Assembly (NCBI GenBank): GCA_042408215.1
Contig: JAYFMW010000028.1
Location: 192,001-256,000, forward strand
Length of the DNA stretch: 64,000 bases
From: Microcoleus sp.
GTDB taxonomy: Bacteria > Cyanobacteriota > Cyanobacteriia > Cyanobacteriales > Microcoleaceae
Reading direction: 5' to 3'
Shown: one piece after another, positions 8,745 to 18,134 of the stretch
Layout: each line of letters begins with the position of its first letter
Position numbering within the stretch: position 1 is the first letter of the stretch
Notes under the pieces: generated by a model
The model's database searches: none
Told to the model about the DNA's origin: nothing
The model's input: only the letters and a program-made list of their open reading frames with translations
Program-made: the position numbers and the translations under genes

Positions 8745-9620
8745 TTACCTTAAACCCAATAATAGGGCGATTCCGGCGATCGCAACAACTACGCCCACAA
8801 CAGCCCTGAGACTCACCTTTTCGCCCGTCAGCGCAGAAGCAGGGAGTATAAATAGGGGGCTGGTAGAATTAAGTGCCTGAGCAATTCCTGCGGGTGCATA
8901 TTTAAATGAAGTCTGTTGTAGAAAAATGCCTAAATAAGTTCCTAAAAAAGCTGCTACTACAATTGCACCTAGGATTTTTGGCGCTTTTAATTGTTTCAAA
9001 CTTTCAGCGTTTGTTCGGTTAAAAAACAATAGCATTACCGTCATTCCGCCGCTCAAACGTAAAGCTGCTGTCCACAACGGATCGATATCTATTTGAGTAA
9101 AAGCTGCGCGGGATAAAATAGCGGCGCTGGCGTTAGCTGTTTGTCCTAATAAACTCATGCCTAATCCCAGCCAAATATGTTTTGATGGCCAGGCTGTTTC
9201 GGCGGTTCTTTCAGCAATTACCCAAGCTACGCCGCCGATGGTTAAAAGAATGCCAGTACAAGCAATGAGGGATAACTTTTCTTGCAAAAATATGAAAGCA
9301 AATAAAGCTGTTAAAGGGGGAGAAAGTGTTTCCAAAAGCAGTGTTCGCCTCGCTCCCAAATACTTTAATACTATAAACCAAGCAGTGTCTCCGATGCCAA
9401 TTCCCAAGGCTCCGCTGATGAGCAGCATTGCTAAAACATTGGGATTAATTGCGGGTAAAGATTTGCCGAAAATTAGTAGAGTTGAAAGGAGCATGAAAAG
9501 GGCGATCGCGCCTTTGAGTAAATTTAGCACAACTGCGGGAATTTCCTGTCCCACCCGCTGCCAAATGGTCGAAGATAGAGCCCAGACAAATGCAGCAGCT
9601 AAAGCGGCTAATTCACCCAT
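8745..9620 (-). CDS. DMT/EamA family transporter
   Basis: About 10 TM segments in two EamA-like repeats. Confidence 0.9.
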   Translation of the reverse strand: MGELAALAAAFVWALSSTIWQRVGQEIPAVVLNLLKGAIALFMLLSTLLIFGKSLPAINPNVLAMLLISGALGIGIGDTAWFIVLKYLGARRTLLLETLSPPLTALFAFIFLQEKLSLIACTGILLTIGGVAWVIAERTAETAWPSKHIWLGLGMSLLGQTANASAAILSRAAFTQIDIDPLWTAALRLSGGMTVMLLFFNRTNAESLKQLKAPKILGAIVVAAFLGTYLGIFLQQTSFKYAPAGIAQALNSTSPLFILPASALTGEKVSLRAVVGVVVAIAGIALLLGLR

Positions 9621-9626
9621 AAAATC

Positions 9627-9815
9627 AGTTTGCGGTTGACGGTTGACTGTTGTCTGTTGGCGGTTGACGGTTGACTATTGTCTGTTGACTGTTGTCATTC
9701 CCAATGCCCAATTCCCAATGCCCAATTCCCAATGCCCAATTCCCAATGCCCCATGCCCAATTCCCAATGCCCCATGCCCCATGCCCAATGCCCCATGCCC
9801 CATGCCCCATGCCCA
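9627..9815. repeat. STRR runs (GGTTGAC/TGTTGAC, CCCAATG/CCCAATT/CCCCATG)
   Basis: Directly visible. Confidence 0.9.
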
Positions 9816-9877
9816 ATATAAACTAGGGTTCCAAATGTATCATCTGGAACCCTAGATTTATTAAGATATTTTAGTAG

Positions 9878-9959
9878 TGGGCGGGGAGAGAATCGAACTC
9901 TCATACCTTTCGGTGTCAGATTTTGAGTCTGATGCGTCTACCAATTTCGCCACCCGCCC
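9878..9959 (-). tRNA. trnL: tRNA-Leu (CAA)
   Basis: GGGCGGGTGGCGAAATTGGTAGACGCATCAGACTCAAAATCTGACACCGAAAGGTATGAGAGTTCGATTCTCTCCCCGCCCA; anticodon arm TCAGA-CTCAAAA-TCTGA, variable arm, TTCGA loop; CCA not encoded. Confidence 0.97.
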
Positions 9960-10810
9960 TTGTGGTTGGCTTTACCATCATAACACACCGATCGCGATTG
10001 TGCAAGCAAAGATTCATAATTTTTTGAACTTGCCCATCGGTCGATCTCTCTGGCCCGCAATACTGGCACTGGATGGGACAACTGAGCCGTTTGAGCCTGT
10101 TTGAGCATTTCCCCCAGTTGAGTGCTGCTGAGGTCATCGTAGGCCCGCGCCTGGGCCAAAAACGCATCGACATTAAGTTTGGGAGCCAAAGTCGGGGAAC
10201 CTCCGGCCAGTTTCATCAGCACCGATGCTACCACTTTTGGGTCTTGGGTGGCGAGCAAAGCGGCGCGATCGCAAGTAAACTCGGCACACCGGAGCCATTC
10301 CAAGATTTGCGCCTGCAAACCCTGCACTAGGACAGTTCCCAAAGGCGAAACTTGACCAGCGGCTAACACAATTAAATTAGCCAGAGTCAAGTAAACTCCA
10401 TGTTCGCACTTCAAATGCCCCAACTCGTGACCAATTACCGCCTTAACTTCCTCATCTGTGAGTAAATCAATCAGAGAAGTGTGCATCACCACAAAAGGCT
10501 GCTTTCCCCGCATCGCAAAAGTGTAGGCATTCGGCATCGGATGCTGGCGCACATAAAGCTGCGGCACTTCCAAATCGAGAGTTTGGCAGGCATCCAAGAG
10601 CAAATGATGCAGATGAGGCAATTGATTTTCGCCGACTTGGACGCTGGAAGCCAGATGTTCGAGCATGAAAAACTGTTCGCCAAGTTGTCCAAGCAACTGC
10701 CGCACCATCAAATCCAGGCCGGGCAGTTGTTTGAGAGTATTGGTTGCTTCCAAGTCTAGGGGGTGACGAAACTGGTCTGCTTTCAAACCGATTAGCGGTA
10801 TATTCGACAT
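9938..10810 (-). CDS. M48 family Zn metallopeptidase (HtpX-like)
   Basis: HELGH, EFTCDRA and SHP motifs; start moved to ATG 10810 because the upstream extension is STRR. Confidence 0.9.
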   Translation of the reverse strand: MSNIPLIGLKADQFRHPLDLEATNTLKQLPGLDLMVRQLLGQLGEQFFMLEHLASSVQVGENQLPHLHHLLLDACQTLDLEVPQLYVRQHPMPNAYTFAMRGKQPFVVMHTSLIDLLTDEEVKAVIGHELGHLKCEHGVYLTLANLIVLAAGQVSPLGTVLVQGLQAQILEWLRCAEFTCDRAALLATQDPKVVASVLMKLAGGSPTLAPKLNVDAFLAQARAYDDLSSTQLGEMLKQAQTAQLSHPVPVLRAREIDRWASSKNYESLLAQSRSVCYDGKANHKGGWRNW

Positions 10811-10819
10811 TATTTTAGT

Positions 10820-11103
10820 CAGTTGGGAATTGGGAATTGGGAATTGGGAATTGGTCATTGGTCATTGGTCATTGGTCATTGGGAATCGGGAATTGGTCAT
10901 TGGTCATTGGTCATTGGTTATTGGTTATTGGTTATTAAAGTTTGTAGTAAGGACTTTCTACTAACTAATGACCCTTCGACTACGCTCAGGGCACCGCTAC
11001 TAACTAATGACTAATGACTACTGACTAATGACTACTGACTAATGACTAATGACTAATGACTACTGACTAATGACTAATGACTAATGACTGCTGACTAATG
11101 ACT
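10820..11103. repeat. STRR runs (TTGGGAA, TTGGTCA, TGACTAA) with a CCCTTCGACTACGCTCAGGG palindromic unit
   Basis: Directly visible; a related reverse unit CCTGAGCGAAGTCGAAGG lies near 41916. Confidence 0.85.
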
Positions 11104-12493
11104 ACTTTAATCCCGATCGCACGGGTTCGACAGGAGCCTCAGCATTAACTGGTTCTCCTGCCTCTTTCACGCGCTGCAATTTAGCTCCCAATTTTTGCAG
11201 TTTCGCCTCAAACTGCTCGTAACCACGGTCTAAATGCTGCAAACTGCTGATTGTGGTGACACCATCGGCTGCAAGTCCCGCCAGCACCAAAGCCGCCGAA
11301 GCCCGCAAATCTGTTGCTGTGACCGGCGCTCCCGATAGCCGCGACACCCCGCGCACCACAGCCACATTGCCTTTAACGCGAATGTCCGCGCCCATGCGAT
11401 TGAGTTCGGCTACGTGCCGCAAGCGGTTCTCAAAAACTGTTTCATTAATTATGCTGTCGCCCTCGCTCATAGTTAGCAAAGCCATAAACGGAGCTTGCAT
11501 ATCTGTGGGGAAACCTGGGTAAGGCAGAGTTTCGATGTCTGTAGCTGTATGAATCCGGCCTGGAACTATCCGCAAAATGTCGGGAGATTCGACAATAATT
11601 TGCGCCCCCATTGTCTGCAACTTGGCAATTAAGGCCGTCAGGTGGTCGGGAATTACTGGTGATAAACTGATTTCGGAGTGAGTAATAGCTCCTGCTAGTA
11701 AAAATGTTCCTGCTTCGATGCGATCGGGAATAATTGAATAGTCCACGGAGTGAAGTTTGGGAACTCCCGAAATGACGATCGTATTAGTACCAGCGCCCTG
11801 AATTTTCGCTCCCATTGCGCGACAGAAATTCGCCAAATCAGCGACTTCCGGTTCTTGAGCCGCATTTTCAATGATGGTTTCTCCCTCGGCTAAGGTAGCA
11901 GCCATCATCAAAGTTTCCGTGGCTCCGACGCTGGGGTAATCTAAATAAATTTTAGCTCCCTGTAAACGACGGTTGGGCCCTTTGACGTAGGCGTGAACGG
12001 TGCCGTGGTCGATGTGGACTTCGGCGCCGAGGGCTTGCAGACCCCGAACGTGGAGCTCAACGGGCCGGGCACCGATGGCGCACCCACCGGGTAAGGGGAC
12101 TTTGGCAAATCCCAAACGTGCTAACAGTGGGCCAATGATAAAGAAGCTCGCCCGCAGTTGGCTGACTAATTCGTAGGGAGCTTGAGCATCTATGAGTTGG
12201 CTGGCATTGATCTCTAAAACGTCCCCATTTGCCTCTATTTTGACTCCTACAGCCGACAAAATTTGCCCCATGCGGGCGACATCGACTAGGGAGGGAACGT
12301 TGCGTAGACGGCAATCTTCCGGGCAGAGGATGGCACCGGCCATGACTACTAAGGCGGAGTTTTTGGCGCCACTGATTTTGACCTGTCCTTTGAGGGGCTG
12401 GCGACCCCAAATTTTTAATACTGGTTGGTCGCTTTCGGGTGAAGATGGAAGATTGGACGAGTTCTGAGCTGGTGTAATGGGTTTGCCCTCCAT
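11102..12493 (-). CDS. murA: UDP-N-acetylglucosamine 1-carboxyvinyltransferase
   Basis: [17 protein letters not shown] with catalytic Cys, [21 protein letters not shown]. Confidence 0.98.
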   Translation of the reverse strand: MEGKPITPAQNSSNLPSSPESDQPVLKIWGRQPLKGQVKISGAKNSALVVMAGAILCPEDCRLRNVPSLVDVARMGQILSAVGVKIEANGDVLEINASQLIDAQAPYELVSQLRASFFIIGPLLARLGFAKVPLPGGCAIGARPVELHVRGLQALGAEVHIDHGTVHAYVKGPNRRLQGAKIYLDYPSVGATETLMMAATLAEGETIIENAAQEPEVADLANFCRAMGAKIQGAGTNTIVISGVPKLHSVDYSIIPDRIEAGTFLLAGAITHSEISLSPVIPDHLTALIAKLQTMGAQIIVESPDILRIVPGRIHTATDIETLPYPGFPTDMQAPFMALLTMSEGDSIINETVFENRLRHVAELNRMGADIRVKGNVAVVRGVSRLSGAPVTATDLRASAALVLAGLAADGVTTISSLQHLDRGYEQFEAKLQKLGAKLQRVKEAGEPVNAEAPVEPVRSGLK

Positions 12494-12801
12494 AAGTGTT
12501 TCGTTACTTTATACTTTATTAATTTTGGTTTCGATTTTACCGGAAAGATTTGATATGTCTAGGGGGGATGGGAATAATTCTAGGGATTGAATTTGCTAAG
12601 TGCGGTGGGGTGAGGCTTTCCGGTTCCTTCGCCCAAATGCTTTGGCGATCGCCTCAAACATAAACCGTATCAAAGTTTACATTTTTTTGAGGGCTTTCGG
12701 TTTGGCCGATCGAAATCGCGAAAGTTGAAACTTGGTTCATCATCGATCGTGCTTGTGTTACCTTGGAACAACTACTTAGAGCCCAAAGCTAGTCCTAGCA
12801 T

Positions 12802-15800
12802 ATGGTTCACATTAAACGGATCGAACTAACTAACTTTAAATCTTTTGGGGGCACGACGGCCATTCCCGTGCTACCCGGTTTTACTGTGGTTTCGGGCCCC
12901 AACGGTTCTGGGAAGTCCAATATCCTCGATGCTTTGCTGTTTTGTCTGGGACTTTCGACTTCTAAGGGTATGCGGGCTGAACGTTTGCCGGATTTGGTGA
13001 ACAATGCCCAACATAAGCGCGGTACGATCGAATCTAGTGTAACTGCAACATTCGCTCTCGAAGGTGTGGGAGATGAATGGTTTGCTGATGACGAAGACGA
13101 GAATGAATATGAAGATGCAGCAGATGATTTATCTGAAGCAGCAGAAGCAGAAGCAGAAGTAGTAGAAGCGATCGATATTCCAGAGACTACCGAAAATAAC
13201 GGACAATTACCTACCAATCCAAAATCGTCTAATCGAAAATCCAAAATCGAAAATCGAAAATCGGATGAGTGGAGTGTGACGCGCAAACTGCGGGTAACTC
13301 GCCAAGGAACTTACACTTCGACTTATTATATTAATGGCGAACCTTGCACCCTGACTCAACTGCACGAACAACTCAATCGTTTGCGAATTTATCCCGAAGG
13401 TTATAACGTCGTATTGCAAGGCGATGTTACTAGCATTATTTCGATGAATTCTAAGGAACGCCGAGAAATAATTGATGAGTTGGCTGGGGTGGCTCAGTTC
13501 GATCGCAAAATCTCCTTAGCTAGGCAGAAATTGGATGAAGTTAAGGATGTGGAAGAACGCAGCCGGATTGTGGAGAAAGAGTTGATTTCTCAGCGCGATC
13601 GACTGGCGAGCGATCGCACAAAAGCGGAAAAATATCAAAAGTTGCGGGCGGAATTCCAAGAAAAGTCGCAGTGGGAAATTGTCCTAAAGTTCCGACAGTT
13701 GCAAAAGCAAGAATGGAAACTGCGGGAACAAATCGAAGCGGGCGATCGCAATTCTACCGAACTCACCGAACAACTGCAAACAACTAACACTCAAATTCAA
13801 GCAGCAACGGCAGAACTTGACGCACTAAATGCCCGCGTTAAAGCTTTGGGAGAGTCGGAATTGTTGGCGCTACAATCGACTATGGCGACGCAAGAAGCGG
13901 AACGGCGGCAATTGCAAAACCGCAAGCAGGAGTTGGAAACAACTGCTGGGCAACTGGCTGCTAATATAGCACAAACTGAGCAAGAAATTCGGCAATTCCG
14001 GCAAAGTTTGGAGCAAATTGAGATTGAAATATCTTATGTTAAGTCTCAAACAGGAACTTTGGCAGAACAGCGGGATGAAGCTGGGCAAATTTTAGAGAAG
14101 AATCGGGAAGTTGCAAATGCGATCGCCTCGACTGCGGAAGTTTGGGTGCAGCAGCAAACGGAACTGCACCGCCAAATAGAAACTCTTCAGCAAAGTTTGG
14201 AGCCGCAGCGCGCGGAACAAGCTGCGATTGGAGAAAGAGTCGATCGCCTGGAAAGTCAAATTCAAGAACAAAACCAATCCCTACAAGTATTAGCACAGGA
14301 AATTGCAGGGAAAAAAGTTGAGCAATCCCAACTTTTGGCAACTCAAGAAGTTGTATCTTTGCAAGTAGAATCCCTGACTCAAATTGGAGCCGGAAATGAA
14401 CAAGAATTGCAACTACAGCAAGAAACTCAAACTCGTTTGTTGTCAGAACAACGGGAAAGACAACGAAAATTAGACAAGCTGGAAATGCAGTTTCAAGCAC
14501 TGCAAGAAGCGACGGGAACTTTTACGGCAAAAATTGTCGTGCAAAGCGGAATTGGTGGGATTTGCGGGCTGGTGGCTCAACTGGGAAGGGTGGAACCTCG
14601 CTATCAGTTAGCCTTGGAAATTGCGGCGGGCGGCCGGATGGGAAATATGGTGGTGGAAGATGACAGTGTGGCGGCGGCGGCGATTGAATTGTTGAAAGAA
14701 AAACGGGCTGGTAGGATGACGTTTTTGCCGATGAATAAAATTAGAGGTGGCAGATTTTCGGTGAATGAAAATGTGCGGCGCGCCCAGGGTTTTGTGGATT
14801 GTGCTGTGAATTTGATTGAGTGCGATTCGCGGTATAATGAGATTTTTGCTTACGTTTTTGGCGGTACGGTTGTGTTTGGCAATCTCAGTGATGCTCGCCG
14901 CTATTTGGGACAGTACCGGATTGTTACTTTGGATGGGGAAATTTTGGAGACGAGCGGGGCGATGACTGGTGGTAGTTATAGCAACAGATCGACCTTGCAT
15001 TTTGGTACGGTTGATGTTAGTGAGGCGCAGGTTGAAGCGAGGACGATCGCCTATGAGCAAGAACGGCTTGAGGAAATTGAGCGGATTTTAGAACGGTGCA
15101 AAATTGCGATCGATCGCGCTTCTGTTGCTGTCAAAACCAACAGTCAGGAATTGATGGAAGCTAAACAAAATTTGCGGGAAAATCAGTTGCGGCGGTCACA
15201 GTTGGCGGCAGAAATTCAGAAGTTGGAAGCGCAACAGGAACAAGGGCGATCGCAAATTACGAAAAATACTCAGGAATTAACTAATTCCCAGTCCAGATTG
15301 CAGTTGCTGGAACGCGAATTGCCCGGAAAGGAAACCGAATTGCAGCAGTATCGCCAAACTTTGGCGCAGTTGGAAGAGTCCAACAGTCACAGCGAATGGC
15401 AGCAAATGCAATCAGGTCTTCGGACTCTGGAAGCGCAACTGCAAGAGCGAGAATTGGCTCTCAGAAACGTCCAGCAGCGCCTTGTAGACCTGGAAAATCA
15501 ATTCGGGCGTTGGGAGGAGAAAATTAAAGCAGGCAGCCAGAAGCTACAGGAATGGCAAATGCAGCAACATACTTGCGCGGATGCTCTTAACCTGATTGTT
15601 TCTCAGCAGTCGGCGATTGAGCAGCAAATTGCGGAAGCTAGGGCTGCTGTGGCTACAATTGAGGAAAAATTGGGTGTGCAAAAGGGCGATCGCGATCGGG
15701 CAGAATCGAACTTGCGAGAAAAACATTTAGCCAAACAACAGTTACAATGGCAGTTGCAAAAACTGCATGAAAGCCAGCAAGAGCGCCGGGAACAATTGAC

Positions 15801-16524
15801 CGCAGTTCGCGATCTATTGGCAGCTCAGCGGGCGGAAATGCCCGATCCCGTCCCGTCGATTCCCGAAAATGTTGAGAAAGGCAATTTGATGGAATTGCAG
15901 CAGGAAGTAAAGGCGATCGCCAAACGCATTCAAGCTCTAGAACCGGTCAATATGCTAGCCTTAGAAGAATACAATCGCACTCAAGAACGCTTGCAAGAAT
16001 TGAGTCAAAAATTGACAACCTTGGAAGGTGAACGGACGGAACTGCTGTTGAGAATCGAAAACTTTACCACCCTACGGCGACGCGCTTTTAAAGAAGCTTT
16101 TGATGCTGTTAATGAGAACTTCCAGACTATCTTTGCGGAACTTTCCGAAGGTGACGGCTATCTCCAGCTAGATGACCAGGAAGACCCTTTCAGCAGCGGT
16201 TTGAATCTAGTCGCTCACCCGAAAGGTAAACCTGTACAGCGGCTGGCTTCTATGTCTGGAGGCGAAAAATCCTTGACGGCGCTGAGTTTTATTTTTGCGC
16301 TTCAACGCTACCGCCCGTCTACGTTCTACGCTTTTGATGAGGTGGATATGTTTCTGGATGGGGCAAATGTGGAGCGATTAGCTAGAATGATAAAGCGACA
16401 GTCTGAACAAGCCCAGTTTATTGTTGTGAGTTTGCGGCGCCCTATGATTCAATCGGCTGAGCGTACAATTGGCGTTACCCAAGCGCGGGGAGCTTATACT
16501 CAAGTCATAGGACTGAAGTTGTAG
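12802..16524 (+). CDS. smc: Chromosome segregation protein SMC
   Basis: GPNGSGKSN Walker A, coiled coils, hinge GRMTFLP..SGAMTGG, MSGGEKS, FDEVD. Confidence 0.98.
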   Translation: MVHIKRIELTNFKSFGGTTAIPVLPGFTVVSGPNGSGKSNILDALLFCLGLSTSKGMRAERLPDLVNNAQHKRGTIESSVTATFALEGVGDEWFADDEDENEYEDAADDLSEAAEAEAEVVEAIDIPETTENNGQLPTNPKSSNRKSKIENRKSDEWSVTRKLRVTRQGTYTSTYYINGEPCTLTQLHEQLNRLRIYPEGYNVVLQGDVTSIISMNSKERREIIDELAGVAQFDRKISLARQKLDEVKDVEERSRIVEKELISQRDRLASDRTKAEKYQKLRAEFQEKSQWEIVLKFRQLQKQEWKLREQIEAGDRNSTELTEQLQTTNTQIQAATAELDALNARVKALGESELLALQSTMATQEAERRQLQNRKQELETTAGQLAANIAQTEQEIRQFRQSLEQIEIEISYVKSQTGTLAEQRDEAGQILEKNREVANAIASTAEVWVQQQTELHRQIETLQQSLEPQRAEQAAIGERVDRLESQIQEQNQSLQVLAQEIAGKKVEQSQLLATQEVVSLQVESLTQIGAGNEQELQLQQETQTRLLSEQRERQRKLDKLEMQFQALQEATGTFTAKIVVQSGIGGICGLVAQLGRVEPRYQLALEIAAGGRMGNMVVEDDSVAAAAIELLKEKRAGRMTFLPMNKIRGGRFSVNENVRRAQGFVDCAVNLIECDSRYNEIFAYVFGGTVVFGNLSDARRYLGQYRIVTLDGEILETSGAMTGGSYSNRSTLHFGTVDVSEAQVEARTIAYEQERLEEIERILERCKIAIDRASVAVKTNSQELMEAKQNLRENQLRRSQLAAEIQKLEAQQEQGRSQITKNTQELTNSQSRLQLLERELPGKETELQQYRQTLAQLEESNSHSEWQQMQSGLRTLEAQLQERELALRNVQQRLVDLENQFGRWEEKIKAGSQKLQEWQMQQHTCADALNLIVSQQSAIEQQIAEARAAVATIEEKLGVQKGDRDRAESNLREKHLAKQQLQWQLQKLHESQQERREQLTAVRDLLAAQRAEMPDPVPSIPENVEKGNLMELQQEVKAIAKRIQALEPVNMLALEEYNRTQERLQELSQKLTTLEGERTELLLRIENFTTLRRRAFKEAFDAVNENFQTIFAELSEGDGYLQLDDQEDPFSSGLNLVAHPKGKPVQRLASMSGGEKSLTALSFIFALQRYRPSTFYAFDEVDMFLDGANVERLARMIKRQSEQAQFIVVSLRRPMIQSAERTIGVTQARGAYTQVIGLKL

Positions 16525-16724
16525 TCCCGGAGCGTCTGTCGATGATCTACCCAAAAACGGACACAAGCCCCCGACTTAATTCGTGGATAGATCAAAATTT
16601 TAGACCAAAGTTCAAGCTCTCACATTCATCTGTGGAGTAAATCTAAAATCTAAAATCTAAAATCTAAAATCGATTGAACGTGTTGAGTGATATATGTACT
16701 TAATAAATCAGGATTAGAGTTAGA

Positions 16725-17738
16725 ATGACATCAGAACAAATCTGCCAACGCTCCGATATTCTAGGCACTCAAGTCATCACCCGCGACAGAGGTAAACGCC
16801 TGGGTGTGGTTAGTCAATTGTGGGTGGACATTGACCGACGGGAAGTTGTGGCGATCGGTCTACGAGATAATATATTTGCAGTGGCTGGAATGCCGAGGTT
16901 TATGTTCCTCACCAGTGTCAGCGAAATCGGCGACGTGCTGTTGGTGGAAGATGAAAGTGCGATCGAAGATGACGTTGATGTTGAAGTCTACAGCATTTTG
17001 ATTAACAGTGAAGTAATTACCGAAACCGGCGAACCTTTGGGTAGAGTGCGGGGCTTTAAGTTCGATCCCGAAGACGGTAAGTTAGTTTCTATCGTCATCG
17101 CTTCCCTGGGAATCCCCCAAATCCCCGACCAAGTTCTCAGCACTTACGAGTTGGGAATTGAGGAAATTGTCAGCAGTGGCCCGAATCGCTTGATTGTATT
17201 TGAAGGTTCCGAGGAACGGATGCGACAGTTGACGGTGGGTTTACTGGAGCGCGTTGGTTTGGGACAAGCCCCTTGGGAACGCGAAGAGGAAGCCGAAGGG
17301 TATTATCCGAAGCCTGTGGGCACGCCGAATCAATTGGGCCCAGGGGTGCGGATACCTGCACCGGAAATGCGTAGCAAAGTAGCGCAGCCTGTGGTTGAGG
17401 AAGCTTGGGACGAAGACTCGCAATGGAATCGGCCTCCGGTGCGACAGCCGATGCGGGCGGTACAGCCTGTTCCGGTGGAGGATGATAAGGATGATTATGA
17501 AGAGGATAATTGGGGCGGCGAGGAGGACGATTACGAGGAGGATGAGTACGAGGAGAAGGAGTATGCTCGCTCTGAGAGTTCTAGGGAAAAGAAACGGGCT
17601 CTGGAGTACGAGTACGATGATGATGTGGAGGCGGATGCTTGGGCTGATGATGAGGCCCCTAAGCCTTACAAAGCGCCTCGCGTGAATATCCCTGAGAAGA
17701 CTAAGGCTCCTGAGTATGAGGAGGAGGCGAATTATTAG
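16725..17738 (+). CDS. PRC-barrel domain protein with an acidic C-terminal tail
   Basis: Two PRC-like repeats (LGTQVITRDRGKRLGVV; LINSEVITETGEPLGRV). Confidence 0.85.
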   Translation: MTSEQICQRSDILGTQVITRDRGKRLGVVSQLWVDIDRREVVAIGLRDNIFAVAGMPRFMFLTSVSEIGDVLLVEDESAIEDDVDVEVYSILINSEVITETGEPLGRVRGFKFDPEDGKLVSIVIASLGIPQIPDQVLSTYELGIEEIVSSGPNRLIVFEGSEERMRQLTVGLLERVGLGQAPWEREEEAEGYYPKPVGTPNQLGPGVRIPAPEMRSKVAQPVVEEAWDEDSQWNRPPVRQPMRAVQPVPVEDDKDDYEEDNWGGEEDDYEEDEYEEKEYARSESSREKKRALEYEYDDDVEADAWADDEAPKPYKAPRVNIPEKTKAPEYEEEANY

Positions 17739-17805
17739 GAATTCATCGATTAGTCGGGCTCTGGCCAAAAATGCTTTGAGACATTATTGGTATGGGTAAG
17801 GTGCG

Positions 17806-18075
17806 AAAAACCCGGTTTCTGTGATTTTGGGCGTGGCTAGAAACCGGGTTTTTGCCGAGAATATCGTTACACCGCCTAAAAACTGCGAAAAACCCGGTTT
17901 CTTTGATTTGATGCGCGATCGGAAACCGGGTTTTTGAGATAATATCGTTACACCGCCTAAAAACTGCGTGGCTAGAAACCGGGTTTTTGCCGAGAATATC
18001 GTTACACCGCCTAAAAACTGCGAAAAACCCGGTTTCTTTGATTTGATGCGCGATCGTCGGAAACCGGGTTTTGGA
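17806..18075. repeat. Cluster of alternating inverted AAAAACCCGGTTTC / GAAACCGGGTTTTT units with duplicated spacers
   Basis: About 7 units; AATATCGTTACACCGCCTAAAAACTGCG x3; same family at 47294-47410. Confidence 0.9.
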
Positions 18076-18134
18076 GATGGTTGGTGAAACCCGCCCCGAC
18101 GATAAATTATGAAAAAAGATTTCATTAAAAACGG

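Noticed and set aside
9878..9959. tRNA as an integration site for a prophage or island
   Set aside because: No integrase, no duplicated tRNA 3' end and no phage genes in the window
9625..11014. Short ORFs rich in WALGIGH/PMPNAQ
   Set aside because: Translations of STRR heptamers; the same applies to 6250-6480 and 33829-34068
17784..18125. 113-aa minus-strand ORF (KPGF repeats)
   Set aside because: Translation of the palindromic repeat cluster
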